64,000 bases of DNA from Gnetum montanum (lineage: Eukaryota; Plantae; Gnetophyta). How positions within the stretch are numbered: position 1 is the stretch's first letter; each line of letters begins with the position of its first letter. The notes beneath the pieces are model-generated. The model searched no databases, was not told the DNA's origin, and worked only from the letters and a program-made list of their open reading frames with translations. A program made the translations under genes and the position numbers. The stretch spans positions 36,035 to 100,034 of the forward strand of contig MNCI01001345.1 in NCBI GenBank assembly GCA_015680685.1, given 5' to 3'. Of the stretch, positions 63,571 through 64,000 are shown in pieces.

Positions 63571-64000
63571 TTTTTTGTTCAGAAAAACTAATATTCTTTT
63601 AGACTGTTTTTCTTAGTCATGTTGTTCTTGCCTCCTCCATGTGCAGGGTTTTTTTCTAATACGACGACCAATCGAATTCTTTGAACCTGACCCTTTGAAT
63701 AATCCAATAATGCATTTTCAACATTAACAGGAATATATCCTTTATCAGCAAAGAATTCCATCTTTAGTTTTTTTTGTAATTCCATATAACTACACAACCA
63801 AACACTCCAACATATTTGCTTGCTTCCTGTCAACTCATCATATTAAACTCCAATTTTATGCCCAAGAATTGTGCTATCTTTGAAAAATATTCCGACTGTT
63901 CCATGTAATGGCTAAATGCATCAACATTTCTGCCCCCTTAAAAACTCAAAAAAAATTTACTATGAAACTGAAACATACTAAAATTCTCATTAAATTTTTA

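Noticed and set aside
63588-63833. 81-aa minus-strand ORF as a host gene
   Set aside because: Non-ATG start, no recognisable domain and no clear splice context; needs the neighbouring sequence or a database search.
1053-63833. Remaining short ORFs in the supplied track as independent genes
   Set aside because: Nearly all are inter-stop fragments or antisense shadows of decayed gag, pol or extra ORFs.

Overview
AT-rich land-plant-type heterochromatin (species not identifiable from sequence) made almost entirely of nested, decayed transposons. I found no intact host gene. About 1-47,000 and 50,173-54,708 consist of related Athila-lineage Ty3/gypsy LTR retrotransposons, recognised by a tRNA-Asp PBS (consensus TGGCGCCGTTGCCGGGGA), a CX2CX3HX4C gag knuckle, RT VFMDDF and a 3' extra ORF starting MAPKR. 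Three LTR types occur: A ~880 bp, B ~945 bp and C ~800 bp. There is one near-complete gag-pol-extra-ORF copy (36,010-46,950), several deleted copies, and non-autonomous copies without RT/INT (two B, one younger C). All ORFs are broken, mostly by C->T/G->A changes at CG and CHG. A Helitron2/Helentron-like PIF1 helicase remnant lies at ~49.4-50.05 kb inside a CpG-retaining insert. A degenerate ~2.3-kb duplicated repeat lies at 55.6-61.2 kb, followed by a fresher LTR-like segment with 60-bp tandem repeats and a CpG-retaining, possibly genic stretch at the end. The most interesting signal is in the supposedly non-coding pol-to-extra-ORF spacer. It contains a conserved cryptic ~140-150-codon hydrophobic ORF (motif RALxAxxYFGEDPL) kept even in elements that lost pol, with paired ~28-bp repeats just upstream. 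It also contains an internal promoter-like module with a leader intron in front of a ~920-aa extra ORF. Breakpoint coordinates were read by eye and are approximate.
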